The position numbers were made by a program, and so were the translations under genes. From assembly GCA_965205505.1 (NCBI GenBank), contig CBDBHB010000008.1:864001-928000 (forward strand): a DNA stretch of 64,000 nucleotides. Reading direction: 5' to 3'. Every line of letters starts with the position of its first letter. Positions within the stretch are counted from its first letter, which is position 1. Under the pieces are notes generated by a model, which had not been told where the DNA came from, searched no databases, and was given only the letters and a program-made list of their open reading frames with translations. Of this stretch, positions 1 to 9,830 are shown piece by piece. Origin of the DNA: Acidobacteriota bacterium (lineage in GTDB: Bacteria; Acidobacteriota; UBA890; WLXD01).

Positions 1-236
1 CCCATCTGCGGATTGCGGTAGAAGCCGCACGCGATCTTGAACACGAAGTGATCGGCGCCGTGAATGTGCGCCCCCTTCACATGAATCTCCGCGTCGATAT
101 CAGGTATGTCGAGACCGATCGGCGGTGGCTGCGTGACCTGGTCTCGCGCCAGCGCCTCGAACGCTCTCTCGACAACATCGATGGCGACTGCCATGTCGAC
201 GCTGTCGCGAATCTCCTGTTCCGTTAGCAGAAGCAT
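1..236 (-). CDS. Ornithine cyclodeaminase/mu-crystallin family protein (EutC-like), 5' part; runs off the window
   Basis: Hand translation from ATG at 236: MLLLTEQEIRDSVDMAVAIDVVERAFEALARDQVTQPPPIGLDIPDIDAEIHVKGAHIHGADHFVFKIACGFYRNPQM; starts 3 nt after the dehydratase stop. Confidence 0.8.
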   Translation of the reverse strand, partial: MLLLTEQEIRDSVDMAVAIDVVERAFEALARDQVTQPPPIGLDIPDIDAEIHVKGAHIHGADHFVFKIACGFYRNPQM

Positions 237-239
237 CGG

Positions 240-1205
240 CTACGGCTCGTTCGCGACAACGGCAGCGAAACGCGCCGCATCGATGTTGCCGCCCGACACC
301 ACGAGCGCCACCTTCGTATCGGGCGCCAGGCGGCCAGAGAGGATCGCGGCAAGCGCGACCGACCCACCGCCCTCGACCACCAGTCGGTGTCGCCGAAAAG
401 CAAAGCGCATGGCGTTCGCTATCTCCTCCTCGCTCACCTCGACGTAATCGTCAACCAACTCGCTAGCCAGTCGCAGGGTGTGATGGTTCTCGGAGCCCAG
501 GTTACCAGCCAATGCGGTGGCCAACGTTTCTTGCTCGGGCAGGCTCACCAACTTGCCGGCCTCGACGCTGCGAGCCAGCACCGCGGCTCGCTCGGCGGAC
601 ACGCCGGTAATCCGGATGCTCGGATCGACGCTCTTCAGTCCGACAGCGACCCCGGCAATCAGACCTCCACCCCCCATCGGCACGACAACGTGGTCGACGC
701 CAGGCTGCTGCTCGAGGATCTCACGACCAATCGTCGCATGCCCGGCGATGACTTCGGGGTGATCGAAGGGGTGCACGTAGGTAAGGCCGCGCTCACGGGC
801 GAGCCGCAGCGAGATGGCCTCGGCAGCCTCCGCTGTCTCGCCCTCGACGATCGCCTCCGCGCCGAACTCACGAATGGCGCTCAACTTCGCGGGGTCAACC
901 CACTCGGGAACACAGATCGTCGCACCCAGCCCCTCGCGCTTGGCAACATACGACGTCGCGAGGCCATGGTTGCCGCTCGAGGTGGCGATGATGCCGCGGC
1001 GGCGCTGATCCTCGTCGAGGCTGAGGACTCGGTTGGTGGCACCGCGAAGCTTGAACGAGCCGGTGACCTGCAGGCACTCTAGCTTGAGCCAGATCGGACA
1101 CCCGCTAAGATCCGTGAGCCACGTTGAAGGCAACAACGGGGTTGCGATGACCACGCCCGCGATCCGCGCCCGCGCACCCTCAACGTCGTAGTCACCGAGG
1201 CTCAT
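240..1205 (-). CDS. PLP-dependent threonine/serine dehydratase (EutB-like)
   Basis: LKLECLQVTGSFKLRGA PLP-lysine motif, SSGNHG, GGGGL, SGGN; no ACT domain. Confidence 0.9.
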   Translation of the reverse strand: MSLGDYDVEGARARIAGVVIATPLLPSTWLTDLSGCPIWLKLECLQVTGSFKLRGATNRVLSLDEDQRRRGIIATSSGNHGLATSYVAKREGLGATICVPEWVDPAKLSAIREFGAEAIVEGETAEAAEAISLRLARERGLTYVHPFDHPEVIAGHATIGREILEQQPGVDHVVVPMGGGGLIAGVAVGLKSVDPSIRITGVSAERAAVLARSVEAGKLVSLPEQETLATALAGNLGSENHHTLRLASELVDDYVEVSEEEIANAMRFAFRRHRLVVEGGGSVALAAILSGRLAPDTKVALVVSGGNIDAARFAAVVANEP

Positions 1206-1349
1206 GGCGTCCGACTATATCCCCTGTCGAACTCATACATGGGCTAGCGCCCGCTCGCCACACGGGACTGCCAGACTCCCTCCCTCCGTGTCGGGGCGGC
1301 AGGCGGTCCGGACTTCTTGGGCAACCGCTAGCAGGCCGTGGTGTCGCTA

Positions 1350-1988
1350 TCAGCGCAAGGTTACGTAGGAGTCGTGATGGTGGATCGCTAGGCCGGCCCA
1401 CCCATCGTACCCGACGAAGGCAGCCAAAACCTGGGCCAGCACGTTCACGCCGTCGACGACGTTGAGCACACGGTCGATCAGCTGGCGTTTCTTCCCGCCA
1501 AGGCTCTTGCTGTCGTACCAGAACGGCACGGTGGCAACAAACGGGATGCTCCCCGCCGCGGCATGACCTCGATCCAAGCCCTTGACGAAACTCTTGAGCA
1601 GCTTCCTGCGCCGCCTGCGATCGTTCCAGTCAGCAAGCTGGTACGGCTCGATGTCGACGATGACACCGTCGAAGAGCCCGGTGGCCGCGATTTCCGCGAC
1701 CCATGCCTCGACGACCGACGGGCTGGTCGCCCACGACGCGTCGCCGTTGAGAGCGTAAACCTCGATTCCCAGCGCGTGCGCGTCGGCGACGAAATCACCG
1801 AACGTGGCCGCAGTGCCGGTGCTGACGTATTGGTAGACGCGACCGACACCTTTGTTCGACGCGAAATCGAGCGCCGCGGCGGACGGCGGTGACCAGATCC
1901 AGATCGCCCGGTCGGTCGCAGACTGCGCCGGGGCGGGCATTGCGGCCACGATCAGGAGAAGCGAAACGACAGATAACAAACGACGCAT
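1350..1988 (-). CDS. Secreted hypothetical protein (TIM-barrel/glycoside-hydrolase-like), possibly internally shortened
   Basis: ATG at 1988 gives signal peptide MRRLLSVVSLLLIVAAMPAPAQS; motifs WIW, FDGVIVDIEPY, VPFWY, GLAIHH. Confidence 0.6.
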   Translation of the reverse strand: MRRLLSVVSLLLIVAAMPAPAQSATDRAIWIWSPPSAAALDFASNKGVGRVYQYVSTGTAATFGDFVADAHALGIEVYALNGDASWATSPSVVEAWVAEIAATGLFDGVIVDIEPYQLADWNDRRRRRKLLKSFVKGLDRGHAAAGSIPFVATVPFWYDSKSLGGKKRQLIDRVLNVVDGVNVLAQVLAAFVGYDGWAGLAIHHHDSYVTLR

Positions 1989-2042
1989 CGGATGGACACT
2001 AGGTACGCGAGCTCGGGCGTGGGAGCCTGGTGGGGTGCGTCG

Positions 2043-2083
2043 AGTGGCCTGTAACAGATGATCGTTGCCTATCGTGGTGGCGA
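2043..2083. repeat. Solo left end of the TA-flanked palindromic element (type C end)
   Basis: agtggcctgtaacagatgatcgttgcctatcgtggtggcga matches 35345-35385 at 40/41 nt. Confidence 0.85.
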
Positions 2084-2112
2084 CCCGCGGCAAAACGTCG
2101 GAACATGGCACT

Positions 2113-3069
2113 ATGCAAGGTCTGTGGATGCACGATGGCGAGATGCGTCTACGCGACGACCTTCCACGCCCCTGCCCGGAACCCGGCGAGGCGCTGATTC
2201 GTGTCCGACGCGCCGGCATCTGCAACACGGACCTCGAGATGATGCGTGGATACGCGCCGTTTCGGGGGGTGCTGGGTCACGAGTTCGTCGGAGAGGTAGT
2301 CGACGGGCCGCCGGGGCTTACGGGTCGGCGTGTGGTGGGTGAGATCAACGTTGATTGTCGCAGCTGCTCACGCTGCGTGGCCAACGACCCGAAGCACTGC
2401 GTACGACGGAGGGTGCTTGGCATCCGGGGCCTTGACGGCGCCTTCGCCGAGTACACGGTGCTGCCGGTTCGCAACCTCCACGCCGTGCCTGACTCGGTCA
2501 GCGATCGCGAAGCAGCGTTCACCGAACCGCTGGCGGCGGCGCAGCACACCGCCGAGCAGGCTGGGATCAAGCAGTCCGACGGTGTGTTGGTGGTAGGCGA
2601 CGGTAAACTCGGCCAGCTCGTGGCTCGCGCACTCGCACCAAGCAGTGCACGTGTCACTGTTCTGGGCCATCATCAGCGCAAGCTGGCGCTGCTGGCGGAC
2701 CTGGGGATCGCGACGTCGACCGACGCAAGCAGCATCGGAGACGAGTTCGACGTTGCTGTCGATTGTAGCGGCGTGCCTGAGGGCTTCGAGGCAGCGCGAT
2801 CGGCGCTGCGGGCAGGAGGCACCCTGGTGCTCAAGAGTACCTACGCCGGTCGGCTGGTTATCGATGCATCATCGTTGGTGGTGGACGAGATCCGCGTCGT
2901 CGGCTCACGATGCGGCGCGTTCGAGCCGGCGATCGAGGCTCTTGCCAGCGGCCGCGTGGCGGTGACGCCGCTACTGGACGCGACCTACCCCCTCGAGCAG
3001 GGTCTCGTCGCACTCGACCACGCGGCGCGCCGCGGCACCCTGAAGATCCAGCTCGAGATTTCCGCATAG
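2113..3069 (+). CDS. Zinc-dependent medium-chain alcohol dehydrogenase
   Basis: GICNTD, GHEFVG, structural Zn cysteines CRSCSRC...C, GDGKLG Rossmann motif; likely ATG at 2113. Confidence 0.9.
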   Translation: MQGLWMHDGEMRLRDDLPRPCPEPGEALIRVRRAGICNTDLEMMRGYAPFRGVLGHEFVGEVVDGPPGLTGRRVVGEINVDCRSCSRCVANDPKHCVRRRVLGIRGLDGAFAEYTVLPVRNLHAVPDSVSDREAAFTEPLAAAQHTAEQAGIKQSDGVLVVGDGKLGQLVARALAPSSARVTVLGHHQRKLALLADLGIATSTDASSIGDEFDVAVDCSGVPEGFEAARSALRAGGTLVLKSTYAGRLVIDASSLVVDEIRVVGSRCGAFEPAIEALASGRVAVTPLLDATYPLEQGLVALDHAARRGTLKIQLEISA

Positions 3070-3209
3070 GGCGACCCACCCGCCACTCCCGGCACGTCGA
3101 CGTGGCCGCTGCCACCCTCTGGCCCCCGATACGAAGGAATCGGACAGTCGGCCTCGAGCGGTTGCCGGCAGCGGCCGAGGGTGGCCAACTGGGTGCATCG
3201 GATGAAGCC

Positions 3210-3325
3210 AGAACTCACTAATGATGATATATAACAATTAACATGATTGTTTCAGATGTAACACTGACTATTTATATGTGTGACGGACTAGTGCGTGATG
3301 TTATAACGGTCTCAATCAGTTATCT
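3210..3325 (+). promoter_or_regulatory. AT-rich upstream region of the pilin cluster
   Basis: Sharp AT-rich stretch in a GC-rich background, directly before ATG 3361. Confidence 0.45.
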
Positions 3326-3360
3326 GACCAACCCCCTCCCGCTCCCGAAAGGGAAAGCCC

Positions 3361-4695
3361 ATGAAGTGCACGGCGTCACTCAAGGTCCTCGGAGACGAAG
3401 ACGGCTTCGGCTTGCTCTTCGCGCTCATGGCCATGGCTGCTGTCGGCCTGATCGGGTGGTCGATGATGACCAACGGCATGATCGACATGACCATCTCGGA
3501 CAACTTCCGAAGCAAGTCGGTAGCCTTCTACGCAGCGGACGCCGGCATCGAGCAATCGCTGGTGGATCTCAAGGTAGACGACGCCTGGATCGACGAGATC
3601 GTCAATCCCGCGACGTGGGAGTTGATTCCGCTCAGCTCCTCGAGCCTGACGATCAACGGACACACGCTGACCCTGTCGCTCGACGGTAGCGGCTACATCG
3701 TTCCCGGCTACTACAGCTTCGGCCCGCCCACTTCGATCGGAGCCGGTAGCTACACACGCGACATCTACCTTCCGCCAGTACTCGGCGACTACAGCGGCGA
3801 CTGTGACGACTCCGGCGCTTCCAGCTCCGCTGGCTCCGGCTCCGGTAGCTCCGGCGGATCGAGCTCGGGTGGTTCCAGCTCGAGCGCCGCTCTCTTGCCG
3901 TTGGCGCCTGGCCCGCAGTTCGGGCTCGCCACCATGGCGCTGATCACCGCCGCCAAGGTCGACATATGCCACGTGCCTTCGGGCAGCCCTTCGGACGCCT
4001 ACACGATCAACGTGTCCACTAGCGCGCTGTCTGCTCACCTGGCGCACGGAGACTCGGCCGGAGCCTGCGCCTCCTCGAGCGGTAGCTCGAGCGGTAGCTC
4101 GAGCGGCTCGGGATCGGGATCGGGATCGGGATCGGGATCGGGTACCCCTGAGGACCCCTGCGACCTACTTTCGAGCGGTTCGTCGAGCTCGGGTGGCTCT
4201 GGCTCGGGTGGCTCGAGCTCCAGTGGTTCTGGCTACGCTAGCTCCAGCTCGGGTGGATCGGGATCTGGCGGCTTCTTCGCCAGCATCGGCAGCGCGTTGG
4301 CTCACGCCAGGATGGTCCTGGCGACGCCGCTGTTCGGCGAGCGGAACCCGGGCAACCACAAGGAGGCCGACGGGCTCGCAGCGCATGACTCCAGCGGGTC
4401 GAGCTCGAGCGGATCCAGTTCCGGTGGCTCCAGCTCTAGTGGTTCCAGCTCAGGTGGTTCCAGCTCCAGCGGATCCAGCTCGGGTGGTTCCAGCTCGGCT
4501 TCAGGTTCCGGTGGCTCCAGCTCGGGCAGCGAGCCTGAGCCGGTCGAGGAGCTCGTGTTCACGGTGCGCTCCACTGGCACTGGCGCGCAGGTCGAGATGG
4601 GTTCGCAGGTTCTCTACGCCGACCTCGTCTTCGCTGTCGAACAGGACAGCAATGTGCTCGAGATCTCGGTGCGCAACTGGCGGCAGGACCGCTAA
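3361..4695 (+). CDS. PilX/GspK-like minor pilin with Ser/Gly-rich linkers and a Cys/His module
   Basis: Prepilin-like G|FGLLFALMAMAAVGLIG without Glu5; PilX-N AFYAADAGIE motif; C-terminal VRSTG...WRQ. Confidence 0.75.
   Translation: MKCTASLKVLGDEDGFGLLFALMAMAAVGLIGWSMMTNGMIDMTISDNFRSKSVAFYAADAGIEQSLVDLKVDDAWIDEIVNPATWELIPLSSSSLTINGHTLTLSLDGSGYIVPGYYSFGPPTSIGAGSYTRDIYLPPVLGDYSGDCDDSGASSSAGSGSGSSGGSSSGGSSSSAALLPLAPGPQFGLATMALITAAKVDICHVPSGSPSDAYTINVSTSALSAHLAHGDSAGACASSSGSSSGSSSGSGSGSGSGSGSGTPEDPCDLLSSGSSSSGGSGSGGSSSSGSGYASSSSGGSGSGGFFASIGSALAHARMVLATPLFGERNPGNHKEADGLAAHDSSGSSSSGSSSGGSSSSGSSSGGSSSSGSSSGGSSSASGSGGSSSGSEPEPVEELVFTVRSTGTGAQVEMGSQVLYADLVFAVEQDSNVLEISVRNWRQDR
4108..4143 (+). repeat. 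Hexanucleotide tandem repeat (TCGGGA)5+ encoding (SG)n
   Basis: Direct reading. Confidence 0.9.
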
Positions 4696-4712
4696 GACAA
4701 GGATCCGAAGCG

Positions 4713-5114
4713 ATGCGAGATGTCGAAGGCTTCTCGTTGGTCGAAGCGCTAGTGGCAGTGTTCATCCTGACAGTGGTGTCGCTGTCACTAGCGCAGATGA
4801 TCGGGCTGGGGATGCTCTCCGACAAGAGCTCGACCGATCTGACCGGCGCGACCGTCTTGTCCACTGACAAGATCGAGGAGCTGCGCGGCTCTGACTACGT
4901 GTCGCTTTTTCAAGGCGGCTCGCTCGACTCGGACTCTAGCGGCTACTTCGACACGGCCGACGTCGACAACGATGGAACGATCGACTTCACTCGGCGCTGG
5001 AAGATAATCGACCAGGCGGGTGGCAAGACACTCGAGGTTAGGGACATCGCGATGGTCGAAGGTCTGGGGCCGGTTCGCGAGGCAACAATGGCAACGGTGG
5101 TGGCAGAACGATGA
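4713..5114 (+). CDS. PilV-like type IV minor pilin
   Basis: G|FSLVEALVAVFIL N-methylation motif. Confidence 0.85.
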   Translation: MRDVEGFSLVEALVAVFILTVVSLSLAQMIGLGMLSDKSSTDLTGATVLSTDKIEELRGSDYVSLFQGGSLDSDSSGYFDTADVDNDGTIDFTRRWKIIDQAGGKTLEVRDIAMVEGLGPVREATMATVVAER

Positions 5115-5779
5115 CGAATCTCCGCAATGCTGCTGGATACTCGCTAATCGAGGTCATGGTCGCCAGCTTGATAATGACGATGATACTCGGCGGCTTGTTC
5201 GGCGCCCTCGACTCCACGCAGACCTTCTATGAGAACTACGCCGACAACTCCGACATGCGGCAGAACGCCCGCGTGGCGATAGACACCATGGCCACCGAGC
5301 TACGCTACGCCGGCTACGACATAGGAGACCTGACCGAAGCACTGTCGCAGGCCGACGACACCACGATTCAGTTCGTTGCCGATATCGACGACGGCGCGGC
5401 GAGCGGTCCCTGTGATGCATCCCAGGAATCAACCACCAACGGCGGTGCCGAGCGCATCACCTACAGCTTGAACACCGGTACTGGCGAGCTAACGCGAACC
5501 GTTGACTGCTACGACGGGTCAGCATGGATTGTCAACGTCCATAGCTCGGTGGTGCTCGACAACTTCGACACCAGCTCGATCGTGTTCGCCTATTATGACT
5601 TCACCGGGACGCGAATCCCATTGGGCGGCGGCACACTGGACGCCGACGGCCGATCGGATGTCCGGTCTGTGGAGATCATCTTCGGTCTGGTCGACGAGAC
5701 CGAGTCGCAGCTCATCGGTGAGACAAACACCAACCTCCAGCTGCGGACCACCGTACGTCTCCACAACCAGGAAATGTAG
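5111..5779 (+). CDS. PilW-like type IV minor pilin
   Basis: G|YSLIEVMVA motif; ELRYAGY; ATGA overlap with the previous gene. Confidence 0.85.
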   Translation: MTNLRNAAGYSLIEVMVASLIMTMILGGLFGALDSTQTFYENYADNSDMRQNARVAIDTMATELRYAGYDIGDLTEALSQADDTTIQFVADIDDGAASGPCDASQESTTNGGAERITYSLNTGTGELTRTVDCYDGSAWIVNVHSSVVLDNFDTSSIVFAYYDFTGTRIPLGGGTLDADGRSDVRSVEIIFGLVDETESQLIGETNTNLQLRTTVRLHNQEM

Positions 5780-5788
5780 CCGATAGCC

Positions 5789-6688
5789 ATGACGCGCCCC
5801 ACCGATTTACGCATCGACACCACCGCGCTGCTGCGAAATTTGCTCATCTTCTGCGTCAGCATCGAGATGCTGCTCTTCACGTTTGATTACTACTTGAACT
5901 ATGCCGGTGGTAGCCACAGCTCGGCACTCCGACGGCTGTTCAGTACTTCGCGCGAAGACGGTCTCGCCGGATGGGTGGCGGTCCTGCAGACTGCGATGAT
6001 CGCCGTGACGCTGTGGGCAATTTACATGGTGGTCCGCAAGACTGCGACACGCTGGCAGATACTCGGGTGGCAGGCGCTGCTGGTCTTCTTCTGCTATCTG
6101 GCGCTCGACGACGGCGCTCACATTCACGAGCGCCTCGGCACCGCCTACAACGAGGCCGGCGACGGCTTCGCGCTGGGCGCCTGGACGTTGGAGTTGTTTC
6201 CCAGCTACCGCTGGCAGATCGTCTTCATGCCGCTGTTCGCAGCGATGGGGTTCTTCATGTTCGGCTTCCTGCTCAAGCAGCTACGCGGGTGGAAACCGAA
6301 GGCGGCCGTGTTCGTCGCCCTGAGCTGCCTGGCCGGCGCTGTGGTGTTGGACTTCTTCGAAGGGCTGGCGCCGACTCACGCGCTCAACCCCTATACGGCG
6401 ATCACACAGCGCTGGCACCTGGAGTACTGGGCGGCGCGGACATCCGACGTCAGCGCCTATGACATGCTGCTGCACTTCTCCAAGTCGATCGAGGAATGCA
6501 CCGAGATGTTCGGGATGACGCTGCTGTGGGTGGTGTTCCTGCATCACTTCACATGGCTCGCTCGCGACCTGCGCGTGCGGTTCGATCCGCCGCAGCCCCG
6601 ACGAGCGGCAGCGCCGGATCACGGCGTGGCGGCGGTCGCGCAATCCCCCGATCTGATGCCGGCGTCGGAGTTACCCAGAGCGGCCTGA
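5789..6688 (+). CDS. Multi-pass membrane protein of unknown function
   Basis: About 6 hydrophobic helices; LDD..IHE and IEE..EMFG motifs. Confidence 0.75.
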   Translation: MTRPTDLRIDTTALLRNLLIFCVSIEMLLFTFDYYLNYAGGSHSSALRRLFSTSREDGLAGWVAVLQTAMIAVTLWAIYMVVRKTATRWQILGWQALLVFFCYLALDDGAHIHERLGTAYNEAGDGFALGAWTLELFPSYRWQIVFMPLFAAMGFFMFGFLLKQLRGWKPKAAVFVALSCLAGAVVLDFFEGLAPTHALNPYTAITQRWHLEYWAARTSDVSAYDMLLHFSKSIEECTEMFGMTLLWVVFLHHFTWLARDLRVRFDPPQPRRAAAPDHGVAAVAQSPDLMPASELPRAA

Positions 6689-6739
6689 CCCGCCGGCCAT
6701 ATCGCTGGCCGCAAGCAACCTTCCTGCTGGGGAATCCCG

Positions 6740-8395
6740 CTACGACGCCTTGGGAAGCTCCCCCAACGCCGCTGGTTGGTGCAGGGACCACCAATCCTCC
6801 GCCTCGCTCGGGCCCCATCGGGCGCCGTCAAGCGGCACCTGGGACAGAGCCTCGGACAACTCGCGCATGCTCTCGAATCGGTCGGCTGGGTTCTTTTCGA
6901 GGCACTTGAGAATCGCTGCATCTAGCGACGCGGGAATCAGCAGCTCGGTACGAGTCGAGGGTGCCGCCGGCTGCGTCTTGACGTGATCGACCACCATCGC
7001 CATGGGTGTGGGCTGATCGAACACCAGCTTGCCCGTTACGAGCCAGTACGCGACACACCCGAGGGCGTAGACGTCGGTGGCGGGACCGATCAGCTCGGCC
7101 TGCATCGCCAGCTCGGGCGGCATGTAGGCGGGGGTGCCAGTGGTCAGCCCGTCGACAGTCAGCTGGGTGTCTCCGTGGGCGTCCTGCTGCTTCACCAGGC
7201 CGAAATCGAGGACCTTGACGAAATCGTGCTCGCCGCCCAGGCGACAAGCGTGGATGTTCGCCGGCTTGATATCGCGATGCACCAGGCCGCGGGTATGAGC
7301 CTCGGCCAACGATGCACACGCCTGCCGCAACAGGTAGATGGCGCGCCCCGGCGGCAACGGCCCGAAGCGCTTGACCAAGGTCTCCAGATCGAGACCCTCC
7401 AGATACTCCATTACGTAGTAGAACACCCCTTCGTTGGTAATGCCGAAGTCGTAGATCTCGACGGTGTTGGGAGATCGAAGCCCTGCCGTCGCCCGCGCCT
7501 CGCGCTCGAAGCGGCGGGTCGCCATCTTCGTCGAGTCCTTGTCGCCGTCGCTCAAGAGCTCGGGACGAATGATCTTGATTGCGGCCGGTCGGGCCAGAGT
7601 CTGATGCTGTGCCAACCACACCTCACCCATGCCGCCCTGGCCGATGCGCTCCTGCAGGTCGTAGGTGTTCGCCGAGCGCGCGTCGATGGCCACCGACCGG
7701 AAGCGATCGATGAGTAGCACGCCCAGAATCGATACGATCACGGCGATCGACAGTAGGAACACAACGTCGGTGATCTTGGAGGCAGTCAGCACCGACTGTG
7801 TCAGCAACCGCACTTCCGGATGCCGAGCGCGCACCAGCACTCCGAGCGCGATCGGCGCCGCCCCCAGCGGCACGATGACGGCGGCGGCGCGAGCCCACGT
7901 GTTGGGAACGAAGATCGCGTAGGTCGCCATCAACAACACGAATGAAAGGGCCGTCAGGTTCCATCGCGACAGCACCAGCCCGGCGTCACCAGCAGCGGCC
8001 TCCCGCAACAACTGACCATGATCGAGCACCAGAATGTGCGCGCTCACGGCCACGAACAACACGATCTCTAGCGCGCGCAAGCGGCCTAGCGAAAGATCAC
8101 TCGCGGCAAACAGCAGGATGGTGCCCACGGCGACCAACGCGATGGTGCCGATACGGACCACCCCCACGCCTGCCTGATTGAGGAAAAGATCACGCAACAG
8201 GAACACCGTTGTCCCGCCCAACATGATCGCTGCGAGAGGCCGCAGCAACATGTGCAGGATCACGCGTGTCGCCGGGTCCCCCGACGCGACTGCATCCAGC
8301 AGTCCGGTCTCTGGTCAGAACTTGTGCTTGCAACGATCCGCAGGCGCACGGCCGGCGAGCGAAGGGGCTGTGGGATTCGTGTGCTGTTCAGTCAT
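6740..8395 (-). CDS. Membrane-anchored Hanks-type Ser/Thr protein kinase; extended N-terminus has an in-frame UGA (8315-8317); shorter alternative starts at GTG 8263
   Basis: IGQGGMGEVW, AAIK, HRDIKPAN, DFGL, GTPAYMPPE, DVYALG; N-terminal TM helices; ATG 8395 is in frame with 8263 across one TGA. Confidence 0.9.
8288..8314 (-). promoter_or_regulatory. Candidate bacterial SECIS hairpin after the kinase UGA
   Basis: UGA-CCAGAGACCG-GACUGC-UGGAU-GCAGUC: 10-nt spacer, perfect 6-bp stem, 5-nt loop with G2. Confidence 0.5.
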
Positions 8396-8522
8396 GATCA
8401 ACCTGCCCGATTGGCGTCGGGGTCATTCTCGCACGGACTAGGTATGCCTCTCGGCACCGTATCTTGCCCGTGTAACGACGAGCGGGCATACAACTCGAAG
8501 TTTGCTGCCGACGAGCACGAGG

Positions 8523-9080
8523 TTACTCGGCGCCTGGTGTCACCGCACCAAGGCGTCCGACGATCGAGCCGTCCTCGCCCAACAATCGCAGCTCCGGCGT
8601 TCCGTCGTCCAAGCCCAGTACGATCCGGAGTCGGCCGGCACGATCGAACAGCTCCAGCCGCGGCCCCGCAGACGGAACACTCAGCATCGCTTCGACATCG
8701 CCGGACCGACCCATCAACGCTACCATCGGACCGAATCGATCGCTCACCGTGATCGCGCCACGTGGGCGACCGGCAGCGTCGTGGACGCGTAGTCGTCGAG
8801 CACTCGTGGCGCTCACCTCGGAGGGCACCGGCCGGAGCGCCGGCAACGGTGCAGTAGAGACCGGCGGCTGTACGCGCTGACGCACTTGCCGCTGCAGATC
8901 GTCGATCATCCGCTGCAGGCGACTGGTCTCGTAGTCGAGGCGGAACCGGAGATTGCCGACCTCCTGTCTCAGCTGCATTGTCGCTGCCGATTCCTGCACA
9001 CGGTTGGCAAGCTCTGCGTACAACACTACGAACGGCAACGAGATCAGGCTGAGGGTAAACAAACGGGATACGGTGACCAT
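8523..9080 (-). CDS. Hypothetical membrane-anchored protein (TM, coiled coil, beta-hairpin repeats)
   Basis: ATG 9080; N-terminal TM helix; repeated L.L.D..G..R units. Confidence 0.65.
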   Translation of the reverse strand: MVTVSRLFTLSLISLPFVVLYAELANRVQESAATMQLRQEVGNLRFRLDYETSRLQRMIDDLQRQVRQRVQPPVSTAPLPALRPVPSEVSATSARRLRVHDAAGRPRGAITVSDRFGPMVALMGRSGDVEAMLSVPSAGPRLELFDRAGRLRIVLGLDDGTPELRLLGEDGSIVGRLGAVTPGAE

Positions 9081-9170
9081 CGGCGCGCTCCGTCGAATCG
9101 GGGATGGCGTGTGTCGTTGAGCGTCGTCGGAGTTTAGCCGCCGACGACAATCAAGCTCTGCAAGGCGACT

Positions 9171-9830
9171 ATGATCGACGACACTGTGGACATTGACTTC
9201 GAACGCGCGCGCCGCCAACTTGTCGACACACTACGGAAACAGGGCATCCAGGATCGCCGCGCCCTCGAGGCGATCGCCCGCGTTCCACGCCACGAGTTCG
9301 TACAGTCGCGCTTCGAGCGCGAGGCGTACGGTAACTTCCCACTGCCGCTCGGGCACGGGCAAACCATCTCGCAGCCATACATCGTTGCGCTGATGACGGA
9401 GCTGCTCGACGCTTCACCTGGCGACCGCATCCTCGAGGTCGGTACCGGCAGCGGCTACCAGACGGCAGTGCTAGCGGAGCTCGGGTGCGAAGTCTACACG
9501 GTCGAGATCATCGAAGAGCTCGCCGATCGAGCGGCTGAAGTTCTGTCGCGGCTCGGTTACCGGAGCGTGCACCAGCTCGTCGGCGACGGAGCCCTCGGAT
9601 GGCCGGAGCACGCGCCCTTCGATGGGCTGATTGTCACCGCAGCTCCCTCCGTAGTACCCGAAGCCCTCATCGAGCAGGTCGGCGCCGGCAACCTGGTGGT
9701 GCCGGTGGGCGCGTCAGGGGCCACACAGAAGCTCGTACGGCTCGAGAAAGACCGCTCGGGGCATCTCATTCGACACGACATCGCCCCGGTGCGCTTCGTG
9801 CCGCTGGTCGGCCGGCCGCCGCATGACTAG
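9171..9830 (+). CDS. pcm: Protein-L-isoaspartate O-methyltransferase
   Basis: VPRHEF, GQTISQPYIVA, LEVGTGSGYQTA, GWPEHAPFD, VRFVPL. Confidence 0.95.
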   Translation: MIDDTVDIDFERARRQLVDTLRKQGIQDRRALEAIARVPRHEFVQSRFEREAYGNFPLPLGHGQTISQPYIVALMTELLDASPGDRILEVGTGSGYQTAVLAELGCEVYTVEIIEELADRAAEVLSRLGYRSVHQLVGDGALGWPEHAPFDGLIVTAAPSVVPEALIEQVGAGNLVVPVGASGATQKLVRLEKDRSGHLIRHDIAPVRFVPLVGRPPHD

